IMG/VR virus record: IMGVR_UViG_3300021400_005359
Reading direction: 5' to 3' (one strand)
Length of the DNA stretch: 64,000 nucleotides
Source: an uncultured virus (IMG/VR IMGVR_UViG_3300021400_005359)
Lineage: Duplodnaviria; Heunggongvirae; Uroviricota; Caudoviricetes
Numbering within the stretch: position 1 is the first letter of the stretch; the number at the start of each line of letters is the position of its first letter. The translations under genes were made by a program, and so were the position numbers. A model generated the notes under the pieces. That model was given only the letters and a program-made list of their open reading frames with translations, was not told the DNA's origin and did not search any database. Shown piece after piece: positions 9,636 to 18,720 of this stretch.

Positions 9636-11335
9636 TATTCTCCTCCATTTTCATCTACAGAAGAACTTTCTTCTATTTGTTCAGTATCTTCTGTATCTTC
9701 TTCTTTAGTTTCTTCAATTTGTTCTTTATTATTAGAAGAAGTTATTCCAAAATTGTTTAAAGTATCACCAACAGCCTTTTTAACTTTATCAAAAATCTCA
9801 TTTACTGATTGGCTACTCTTACTATTTTTCAAACCTTCCTTAATTTCATCAACATCTTCATCTTCAAGACCTATTGTATCTTTAAGGAATTTAACAACTT
9901 TATTTTCTTTACCAGTAAGCTGTTTCTCTTCTTGTATAATTTCTTCTTTTCTATTAAAGATAGCTTCCATCTTTTGAGCAAGTCTATCAAAATTCTTTAT
10001 AGGCCAAATATCATTAGCTGTTTTCATAAGCTCATATCTGGTCTCTACAAAGTTTTTATTATTTACCATAATCACGAATTCTTCTTTAAAATCAACTTCA
10101 AACATATTTTTTCTAGGAATATCAGGAATTTTAGAAAGGAATTTGTAACCTAAGCTTGAACTAATTTCATCAGCAGTTATAGAAACTTCTTCATCAGGAA
10201 GTTTTCTATTTAAAACATACTTAAGCTTATTTTCACTAACATAATCTGTTATATGTCCAATCTGTCTCTTATGAGCATAGAAAGCTTTAAAATCCATATC
10301 TAAAATCATATAAATATCTCTTGACATTGAGAAAAGAGGGAAAACCTTAGAATATTCCCAGTCTGAGTTCATATCAACTAAGATAATATCATAATCTTCA
10401 ACAATAGATTCAATTATAAATACAATATCATTACTTGCAAATTCATAAGAGTCATTCTCATAGAATTCTCTCTCAGGAGCTCCAAGAACAAAGATATTTG
10501 AATATTTAGAAGTCTGTACAAACATCTTTCTAATTTTATCAATAACTTCAAGTTTTAAACTCTTGTTATCATTTAAAGTTCCATCCTTCTTAATGATTTT
10601 CTGAGCCTCAATAGAAGCCATTATAATATTTTTTTCTTTATTCTGAGTCTTAAATACATAAGAAGCTCCAAAACCTGCAAGGTCTAAGTCAATAATAGCT
10701 ATTCTTGGCTTACTTCCAGAAGGTGTACTAATACCAGTCTGTGAAAGAGCAACTGCAATATTAGATAAAATGAAAGTCTTTCCTACGCCACCCTTAGTTG
10801 ATACAAAAGTAGATAGATTTCTATAAACATTAGATTCTATCTTCATATCATTAATGCTATGAGTTACTGTAATATTAGGATGTCTCTTTCCGTGAATACT
10901 TTCTACGTTTTTAGCCTGCAAAAAGTCTACGTTTTCAATAGACCTAGGATTTTTTAAAACGAATTTAATAAGTTCTACTTCAATGGTATTTTCAGTAATA
11001 ATGTCATAAATACCAAGAGAAATAAGCATATTTAAACTTTTTAAACTAATTGTATCACCAAAATCAACTTTACCATAAAAATAGACAATTCTTATAGAAG
11101 GATTAGCTATTTTTATAGCTGCTAAAATTTCGTGGAGTGAAGATTTTCCACCAATATTATCAGATACAACTAAAATATCTGGAACCAAAGAAGCACAAGC
11201 TTCTTGAAGTTCTTCTCTATAATCAACTTTAGCTATAACATTAAATTCTTCAAAAGAAGCTATAACTGTATCCATATATTCTTGCCCTGAAGCAACTAAT
11301 ATGGTAGGTTTTTTTCTTTCTTCAACGTATTCCAT
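9635..11335 (-). CDS. TadZ/CpaE-like protein (pseudo-receiver plus MinD/ParA ATPase)
   Basis: Receiver-like N-terminus (PDILVVSD), STKGGVGKT, IIDLD, YDIILVD; translationally coupled to cpaF. Confidence 0.75.
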   Translation of the reverse strand: MEYVEERKKPTILVASGQEYMDTVIASFEEFNVIAKVDYREELQEACASLVPDILVVSDNIGGKSSLHEILAAIKIANPSIRIVYFYGKVDFGDTISLKSLNMLISLGIYDIITENTIEVELIKFVLKNPRSIENVDFLQAKNVESIHGKRHPNITVTHSINDMKIESNVYRNLSTFVSTKGGVGKTFILSNIAVALSQTGISTPSGSKPRIAIIDLDLAGFGASYVFKTQNKEKNIIMASIEAQKIIKKDGTLNDNKSLKLEVIDKIRKMFVQTSKYSNIFVLGAPEREFYENDSYEFASNDIVFIIESIVEDYDIILVDMNSDWEYSKVFPLFSMSRDIYMILDMDFKAFYAHKRQIGHITDYVSENKLKYVLNRKLPDEEVSITADEISSSLGYKFLSKIPDIPRKNMFEVDFKEEFVIMVNNKNFVETRYELMKTANDIWPIKNFDRLAQKMEAIFNRKEEIIQEEKQLTGKENKVVKFLKDTIGLEDEDVDEIKEGLKNSKSSQSVNEIFDKVKKAVGDTLNNFGITSSNNKEQIEETKEEDTEDTEQIEESSSVDENGGE

Positions 11336-11390
11336 AAAAATCTCCTTTAAAAAAATTTAGCTAGAGGGAAATTTCCCTCTAGCTAAGTAA

Positions 11391-12443
11391 TTATCTTACA
11401 TAATCAGTTCCGATAGAAGCTGAAACTTGAGTATCAGTTTCAGATTGATTATCGTTAGAGGAATTATTACTATCAGTTTCTGTTAAATTACCATCAGCAA
11501 TAACAGTAGACTTACTTTGTACCATTGCAGCTCCATCACCATCTTGAGTATTGTTATCTGTATCCTGAATTGTTGAAATAATCTGTAAGGAACCTGTCTC
11601 TGCATTAGCATTTCCAGCAAATACCTTACCATAGTTACCCATAACATAACCAAGAGACTCGTGAGTTTCAGATTGTTCAAATCTCTTAACAATTGTAATA
11701 CTTCCTTTAGACTGTCTAGTTTTAATCTCTTCTGCTTGTTCAGGAGTTACAATAATAAGTAATGTACTGATTCCGCCTGAATCTGGCTTAACAGACTCAT
11801 CAGAAGTATCCATTCCAGAGATTTGTTCTCCAGAAAATCTATCAGCTCTCTTAGTAGTTTTAAAACCTTCACTTGTGAGAGTTTTGTAAATAGTAACTTC
11901 CTGCATAAATATCTTTGAATATGTGAATCCAGAAGAAGAAGAGGAAGAACCACCTCCTGATTGTTCTCCGTCAGCTGAAACAGGATTAACAATAGTAGCC
12001 TGACCTTCAGCAGTAAACATCAAATCAATTTTATCACCTTCAGCAAAATCTGCACCAGCATCTGTGCCTACAGAACAAGGGATAGAAATAACTCTGGCAT
12101 TAGTCAAATCAAGATTTGCAAAATCGGTAGATGTAACATTAGCTTCACCTACTTGTTTGTAATAAACATACGTGTCAGGATAAACCTTACTTGTAGTATA
12201 GCTACCAATTAGGCTCTTTGAATTGGAAGCAAGAATCATATTAGCTGTATAATCTTGTGAAGAAACTTTACCAACTATTACATCAGATTCTTTTATCTGA
12301 ACATTTTCTCCAATTTCTCTAGCCCACATATAAACTTTAATGGGTTTCATAACCGTATCGGTATAAGATTTGTATGACATAACGAAGATTATAACTGCTA
12401 GAATTTGAATAGCAAGTATAATCATTTTCTTTTTATTTCTCAA
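11391..12443 (-). CDS. cpaB: CpaB/RcpC pilus assembly protein (SAF domain)
   Basis: N-terminal TM, SAF-like AREIGENVQIKESD, GDKIDL, LIIVTPEQAEEI. Confidence 0.8.
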   Translation of the reverse strand: MRNKKKMIILAIQILAVIIFVMSYKSYTDTVMKPIKVYMWAREIGENVQIKESDVIVGKVSSQDYTANMILASNSKSLIGSYTTSKVYPDTYVYYKQVGEANVTSTDFANLDLTNARVISIPCSVGTDAGADFAEGDKIDLMFTAEGQATIVNPVSADGEQSGGGSSSSSSGFTYSKIFMQEVTIYKTLTSEGFKTTKRADRFSGEQISGMDTSDESVKPDSGGISTLLIIVTPEQAEEIKTRQSKGSITIVKRFEQSETHESLGYVMGNYGKVFAGNANAETGSLQIISTIQDTDNNTQDGDGAAMVQSKSTVIADGNLTETDSNNSSNDNQSETDTQVSASIGTDYVR

Positions 12444-12567
12444 GATGAGCCTCCAATCTACAAAAAAAATATCGTCTAATATATCTAGAAATATAATACA
12501 CCCTAAAAAAATTAAATAAAATATTTTTGTGTTTTAAAGAATGTAAGTATGTGCTTAATAAATTATT

Positions 12568-14319
12568 TTATGTCTCGTCTTCTATGTTAGAAGCTATTAA
12601 AGCAATACTATCTACAAATTCTCTATTCCTACAAACTCTCATAATTGGTTGACATTTAAAAGAAAGTTCATTTATTTCTTCTGTATTTTCAGGAATTGTA
12701 AAAGTTCTATTTGTTTCGTACCATTCTCTTATGCTTTTTTCATTAAGAGAAAGTCTTCTAGAATACTTATTTATTATATAACTATTTTTCTCATTAATAG
12801 ATTTATTTCCATTTGTTTTAATAGTAAAATCAAGTCCACGTCTTGTTAAACTATCTAAGAATTGCTTACAATATCCGATAGACGATACATCTTGAGAAAC
12901 AAGTAAATAATTCTTATTAGAGAAAGTAAGAGCTTTTTCAATAATACTTAAACTAGTATTACTCTTCATATCTACGATAATATAGTTGTAGTTTAACTGT
13001 TGCATATAGTAAAGAAGTAATTGTGCAAAAGAGTTACTACTTATAGGAGTCTTATCTCTTCTTAAAATATAATCTTCAGAAAAGAAAAGCATATCTAAAG
13101 TCTTTGGATATTTTTTAAAAGCAGATAAAAGTTCTTCAGAGTTACATCCATTTACTAAATTTGCAAGAGTTGTAATAGAGTTATTAACATCTTGTAATGA
13201 ATTTGTTTCATATCCAAGAATAGCCTTATCTATTCCATCTTCATAATTAGTTGATTCATATACCCCAAGCCAATAAGCAATCATAGGATTAGTGTCATTA
13301 TATTCAATATATAAAACCTTATTCTTTCTAAGTGCAAGTTCCATTGCAACGCAATAAGCTGTAAGTGTTGTTCCAATTCCGTTTTTAGCACTATAAAAAG
13401 TAACTATTTTATCTTTACCTATATAAATACTTCCGCTATTTCTTTTAGGTCTAGTAACTCCACCAAACTTATTATTAGAAGAAGCATTTGACCCTGTATT
13501 AGAAAAAGGATTAGAAGAAGGAGTCTTTTTCTGAGTTTGTTTGTTTTGTGGAGAATTATGGCTATTTGAACTATCCACAGGTTTAACTAAAGGATTATCT
13601 TTAGTAAAATTACTTTTAGCAGCTCCACCTTTTTCCAATAAAGATTCAATTAAAGAAGGGATAACTGGAGTCTTCTTTCCACCACCTGTTTGATTAGTGG
13701 GAGCTACAATTATATCAGAACTAGGGGCTTGTTTAATTTCTTTTTCTTTATGTTCAACAGGAGTTTCTTCAACAATTTTTTCAACAGTAGTTGTAAGTTC
13801 TGTCTTTTTCTTTTCTTCTGGAGTATCAAAATCTTCTATTAAATCTCCATCTTTTGGAAGATATTTAGATACCTTATCAAAAGTTGTAGGATTGTCAATC
13901 ATATCTGCAACTTCATCAATAACAAGTTTGGAACCAGTTAAAATATCATAAATATTAAAAGCAACTAAATTTCCTAAATTTTTATCTCCAACTTTTCTAT
14001 CACCTGCAATAAAAACAATTCTTAAAGCAGGAAACATTCTTTTTAAATTTTTAGCAAATGTAAAAATTTCTGGAGCTTCATCAGTTATTGACCCTGGAAG
14101 GATTTTCTTAAATCCATCAAGACCTTCTCTTAAAACAATAACATCTGGACCACTACTTTTTACAAGGTCTAAAATATTATCCTTATGAACTGCATATCCT
14201 ACAAATTCATAATTCTTTTTTTGTTCTCCATTTTTTTCTCTTTCTTTATCTCTATCATTGAGAATAGATTCCAAATATGTTTCAGCATCTCTTACACCAA
14301 TAGCAAATAAAATTCTCAT
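12568..14319 (-). CDS. Second TadZ/CpaE-like protein with a degenerate Walker A
   Basis: Receiver-like N-terminus (PDVIVLRE, IYDIL), low-complexity linker, SAKNGIGTT, YNYIIVD. Confidence 0.7.
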   Translation of the reverse strand: MRILFAIGVRDAETYLESILNDRDKEREKNGEQKKNYEFVGYAVHKDNILDLVKSSGPDVIVLREGLDGFKKILPGSITDEAPEIFTFAKNLKRMFPALRIVFIAGDRKVGDKNLGNLVAFNIYDILTGSKLVIDEVADMIDNPTTFDKVSKYLPKDGDLIEDFDTPEEKKKTELTTTVEKIVEETPVEHKEKEIKQAPSSDIIVAPTNQTGGGKKTPVIPSLIESLLEKGGAAKSNFTKDNPLVKPVDSSNSHNSPQNKQTQKKTPSSNPFSNTGSNASSNNKFGGVTRPKRNSGSIYIGKDKIVTFYSAKNGIGTTLTAYCVAMELALRKNKVLYIEYNDTNPMIAYWLGVYESTNYEDGIDKAILGYETNSLQDVNNSITTLANLVNGCNSEELLSAFKKYPKTLDMLFFSEDYILRRDKTPISSNSFAQLLLYYMQQLNYNYIIVDMKSNTSLSIIEKALTFSNKNYLLVSQDVSSIGYCKQFLDSLTRRGLDFTIKTNGNKSINEKNSYIINKYSRRLSLNEKSIREWYETNRTFTIPENTEEINELSFKCQPIMRVCRNREFVDSIALIASNIEDET

Positions 14320-14423
14320 ATAAAAACTCCTTAAAAATAATTAAAATTAAAATATCTATTTTAAATCTATAAATTTTACACAAGTTTATAAAAAATATTA
14401 GAGCAATACAAAAGAAAGAGAGC

Positions 14424-15983
14424 TTAAAGCTCTCTTTCAATATTTACCATATTTTCTTTTTCTTTTAAAGCATTTTTCTGTTCATAGTAACTATCTACTT
14501 TATCAACAACTCTTAAGCAATAGTTTTCTTTGTCTATCTTTTTCTTTTTAGATATTTCAACGTTAGAATTAGCTTCTAATACTTTCTTTTCACAAAAAGC
14601 TAAAAGCTCTTCTTTATTATTTATAGAAGGATTATCAATAACTTCTTTTAAAAGAATTTTCTGCATTTCTTTAATTGCTGGACCACTGCATTTATAAATC
14701 TTATTATTTTTTTCTCTTTCAACATTCATAATATCATATCCATTTAAAGCAAGGTCTTTAAAAGTATGTGGTCCAGAAAGAATTTTATCTAACTCTTCTT
14801 TCATCTTATCAGTAACTTCAAATCTAGAACTAATAGATTCAAGACTTGTATTATGTCCAGCAAGGTCTAACTTTTTAATTTCAAAAAGCCTATTATAAAA
14901 TGTTTCATCAAATTCTGGGTTTTCAATAATAAAATCTCTTAAATGCTTATGAATCCTATCTTCTGAAGTATTGTTAAAAGCATCGTGATGCCTAACTAAG
15001 TCTGAAATATCTCTTACTTCATCAGCAGAAAATTTCAAATCTTGTAAAATATTTCTAGAAATATAATAAGAAGCTTCTTGATGGTCTATAAAATGGTCAT
15101 AGCCATCTTTACCAACAGTTTTCATAGAAGGCTTTCCAATATCGTGAAAAAGTATAGCAGTTCTAGTAATTAAATCTTTAGAGGAATCTTCTAAGACTTT
15201 CATTGTATGATTACCAACATCCCATAAATGATACTTAGAATTTTGAGGACATTCAAAAATCTCATTTAATTCAGGAGAAATATGTTTCAAAAGTCCAGTT
15301 TCATAAAACTTTTTAACAAATGTTGGATTATCAGTCATTAAAGTTTTGCAAAGCTCGTCTCTAATTCTCTCTTTAGATACTTTTGTAATATCACTAGAAT
15401 GATTTTTAATAGCTTCCCATAGAGAATCTTCTATTTCATATCCATATTTAGCAGAAAAACGAATAGCTCTCATCATTCTTAAAGCATCTTCTTCTATTCT
15501 TTTATTAGCATCACCAACAGCTCTAATCTTTTTATTTTCTAAATCACTAAGACCATTAAACTTATCTATAAATCCATCTCTTGGACTCCAAGCAAAAGCA
15601 TTTATAGTTAAATCTCTTCTTTCAAGGTCTTTTGTAATATCAGTTTCAAATTTTACACTATCAGGATGTCTTCCATCAGAATAATCTCCATCACTTCTGT
15701 AAGTAGTAATCTCAAAACCTTCTTTACCAACCATAACAGTAACAGTTCCGTGTTGAAGCCCAGTAGGAACTACATTATATCCAAGACCTTCAAAAAGATT
15801 AATAACTTCTTCAGGAGTAGCATTAGTAGTAACATCTTCATCTTTTGGAGTTATTCCAAGAAGAGCATCTCTAACACATCCACCAACAGCAAATGATTCA
15901 AAACCATTATCATTTAAAGTTTTAAGCATTAAAAGAGCGTTGTCAGATAAAGAATTTTGCATAATTTTATCAATGTTGTTCAT
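14424..15983 (-). CDS. cca: CCA tRNA nucleotidyltransferase with HD domain
   Basis: VGGCVRD, DEDVTT, DLERRDLTINA, EDALRMMRAIRF, HDIGKP. Confidence 0.9.
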   Translation of the reverse strand: MNNIDKIMQNSLSDNALLMLKTLNDNGFESFAVGGCVRDALLGITPKDEDVTTNATPEEVINLFEGLGYNVVPTGLQHGTVTVMVGKEGFEITTYRSDGDYSDGRHPDSVKFETDITKDLERRDLTINAFAWSPRDGFIDKFNGLSDLENKKIRAVGDANKRIEEDALRMMRAIRFSAKYGYEIEDSLWEAIKNHSSDITKVSKERIRDELCKTLMTDNPTFVKKFYETGLLKHISPELNEIFECPQNSKYHLWDVGNHTMKVLEDSSKDLITRTAILFHDIGKPSMKTVGKDGYDHFIDHQEASYYISRNILQDLKFSADEVRDISDLVRHHDAFNNTSEDRIHKHLRDFIIENPEFDETFYNRLFEIKKLDLAGHNTSLESISSRFEVTDKMKEELDKILSGPHTFKDLALNGYDIMNVEREKNNKIYKCSGPAIKEMQKILLKEVIDNPSINNKEELLAFCEKKVLEANSNVEISKKKKIDKENYCLRVVDKVDSYYEQKNALKEKENMVNIEREL

Positions 15984-16137
15984 ATTAAAAATCTCCTTTT
16001 TAAAATAACTCTTATATTATATAATAAAAAAGTTAGAATTTGAATAATTTTATTAAAAATTATTAAAAAATCATTGAAAAATTTTGAGAAAAATGATATT
16101 CTAATAATAAGCAAAACTATGTATAAAGGAGATATTT

Positions 16138-16821
16138 ATGGCAGAAAAATACGATTCCCAAATTATTAGATTTGATTCAGCAAGTTCCTTTTTTGAAGTT
16201 CTAAATTCTGCACTTCCTATTGGAAAGCTTCAAATCAATTTCATCAATTATGATAAGACAACAAATAAACAGAAGGATAAGCTTGAGATTTATATGGATA
16301 CTTGGAGAGCAGTAGCTCTTGCAGATGATATTTTGTCAGGAAGACTTGATGATTTTATTGCAAAATCAGAAGCTAAGGGAAGTTTTAATGACCCTTATAC
16401 AGGACAATTCCAGAAGGTTTCTCAGTATTCTTCATACTTTACTGATATGGGCGGTATTAAGTTCCATAAAGGTGGAAAGTTTGACGAAGCAAGATTTAAT
16501 AAATATAAGACTCAGTTTGCTTGGATGGAAAAAGATAAGGACATTTCAAGACAGCTCAAAATTCAGAAAAGTACAAAATATAAGTATGTTTTAAGAGCTG
16601 AATATGGTCTTGGACTCGAAAATGAGAATGGACTTGTAGTACCTGATGGAACGGCTAAGGTATCAGCACAGGTTCCTCTTACTCAGGGTAATGCAATTGA
16701 GTTTGCTATTGCAATTAAGATGAGTGTTGAAGCATATCTTAATCAGTATTATGCAAAGTTCAACAAGGACCTTTTCCCCAACCAGAAGGTTAATGTATAC
16801 AAGCCAACATCAAATACATAA
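16138..16821 (+). CDS. Hypothetical protein (frame stays open past the stop; see findings)
   Basis: AAGGAG RBS and sigma-A-like promoter upstream; no family recognised. Confidence 0.75.
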   Translation: MAEKYDSQIIRFDSASSFFEVLNSALPIGKLQINFINYDKTTNKQKDKLEIYMDTWRAVALADDILSGRLDDFIAKSEAKGSFNDPYTGQFQKVSQYSSYFTDMGGIKFHKGGKFDEARFNKYKTQFAWMEKDKDISRQLKIQKSTKYKYVLRAEYGLGLENENGLVVPDGTAKVSAQVPLTQGNAIEFAIAIKMSVEAYLNQYYAKFNKDLFPNQKVNVYKPTSNT

Positions 16822-16999
16822 AAAAAACAAAAAGAACTGTATGACAAATATGCAACTCCTGATTTTAAAAAACAGATAGAAATTATAGAAAATAAATATA
16901 ACATTATTTTAGAAACAGAATTTAACCTTAATTCTTGGTTAGATGATTATGATTCTTATAATGTATAAAAGAGAGGTTTTGAACCTCTCTTTTTTATTA

Positions 17000-17944
17000 T
17001 CATAGAATTTTCTTTCCTCTAAAATCAATTATCTTTTCTTTTGAAACAGTAATATCATACTCAAAATATTCTATATTTTCAAAATCTTTTAAAACAGTAA
17101 ATATTGACTCATTAAGTTTTGGAGACACAACAATCATTCTTACATTATCTAAAATTTTCTCAATTTTAAATTCTTTAGGATAATAAAGACTTTGCCATAC
17201 AACTCTAGAGTCATCAGGAACTATTTTCAGCTCAATAAGAACATATGTTTGGTTTTTATCTTTTGCTAAAATATCTATAACACCATCTTTTATTGCTTCT
17301 TGAGAAGAAATAAACTCCAAACCTTCTTCAATTTTATCTAAATGTCCTTTTAAATAATTTTCTAAATCTTTTTCAGTAATAAGAGCAGTTTGAGGTTCTT
17401 TCAATTTATAAAAATCTATAAAACTTTCTAATTTTTCTTCTCGAAATCTTTCAAATTCATTATAATCATTAGGATATTCAAGTCCTTCCATTTTCTCAAA
17501 AGAAGAAAAAGAAATATTAAACATTTTATTTAATAGATATAAAGACCCATACATTACTTTGTTAGAATATGTTAAAGTATTTCTAAATTTAGAATTAAAA
17601 CACATAGAATCTTTGCGAATTTTTTCATAGGTATTTTCTATAAAACCAATAATAAAATCCATACTGGACTCTTTAACTATTTCAAAAATTATATTTTGAG
17701 CAATATTGTTCATAGTAGATTTATCTATTTCAATACCTTTATAAACCAAAGGATAATTTAAGTTGTTTTCTGTAAGTAAAAATAAAGAAAACTCTTCTAT
17801 ATCAATATCTTTAAATTTTGGAACATCAAAAACAAGCATATATCTCAAAACTATATATCGATAAACATCCTTACTTATAGAATAATTTTTCTTAAATAAG
17901 TCTATTAAATTTTCTTCAAATTCACTCTCATAAATATTAGACAT
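17000..17944 (-). CDS. Protein with C-terminal NucS/EndoMS-like PD-(D/E)xK nuclease domain
   Basis: EKDLENYL...IEEGLEFI..Q...IDILAKDK...VLIELK...Q...Y. Confidence 0.75.
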   Translation of the reverse strand: MSNIYESEFEENLIDLFKKNYSISKDVYRYIVLRYMLVFDVPKFKDIDIEEFSLFLLTENNLNYPLVYKGIEIDKSTMNNIAQNIIFEIVKESSMDFIIGFIENTYEKIRKDSMCFNSKFRNTLTYSNKVMYGSLYLLNKMFNISFSSFEKMEGLEYPNDYNEFERFREEKLESFIDFYKLKEPQTALITEKDLENYLKGHLDKIEEGLEFISSQEAIKDGVIDILAKDKNQTYVLIELKIVPDDSRVVWQSLYYPKEFKIEKILDNVRMIVVSPKLNESIFTVLKDFENIEYFEYDITVSKEKIIDFRGKKIL

Positions 17945-18102
17945 TTAGAACCTCCAAAATATAGTACTATTATAGCATTTTAAACCAAAAAAGACAATTA
18001 GAAGATTCTGTTTCTTAAAAAATATTTAGAATAAAAGTAATCTGTATTAATTTTTTGTAATAAAATATATTATAAAAATTTTGTTTTAGGAGGAATATTA
18101 AA

Positions 18103-18684
18103 ATGACTATAGTTGATTATGATGATTATAAAAACAAAGACCCAGAAAGAATACATCACTTTATATGTAGTTTAAAATATTTCAATTGTGAATCCGTTTC
18201 AAACAGATATTGGAAAGACCATTCGTTACAACTTGCAAATATTTTAAATACAACTTTCTGCGGAGGAAAAATTTGTCTTGACACAAAACACAATATTGTA
18301 GTCTATAAAGATATAAATAATTACACGTATGATTTTCGGGGCTTAAGATGGGAAGACGATACTGAGGATTCAGATTTTGTTAATATAAAAAGACTTGGCT
18401 CTGCAGTTATAATGTATACTCCAGAACTACTTTTAGGAACAAATCCAATAGAAAGAAAAGCTTTTATGGTGAAAGAATACTACAGTCGCCATAAAAAAAA
18501 TGGTCTTGATTGGAATGAATTGGAAGACATTATAAAAGAATATGCTCCTAAAATTTTTGCAGAATATGATATTATCGTTGATGACCCATTCGAAGTTATG
18601 TATTATAAGCTTATAATGGATAAAGTAATAGCCCCAGATTTATACAAAAAAGATGATTACGAGGAACTTGCCTGGTTTAAATAA
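18103..18684 (+). CDS. Hypothetical protein
   Basis: AGGAGG RBS; followed by a terminator. Confidence 0.7.
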   Translation: MTIVDYDDYKNKDPERIHHFICSLKYFNCESVSNRYWKDHSLQLANILNTTFCGGKICLDTKHNIVVYKDINNYTYDFRGLRWEDDTEDSDFVNIKRLGSAVIMYTPELLLGTNPIERKAFMVKEYYSRHKKNGLDWNELEDIIKEYAPKIFAEYDIIVDDPFEVMYYKLIMDKVIAPDLYKKDDYEELAWFK

Positions 18685-18685
18685 T

Positions 18686-18715
18686 AAAAAAGAGAGCTTA
18701 AAAGCTCTCTTTTTT
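18686..18715. terminator. Bidirectional intrinsic terminator
   Basis: AAAAAAGAGAGCTT-AA-AAGCTCTCTTTTTT between convergent genes; representative of many similar hairpins in the window. Confidence 0.85.
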
Positions 18716-18720
18716 ATTTG

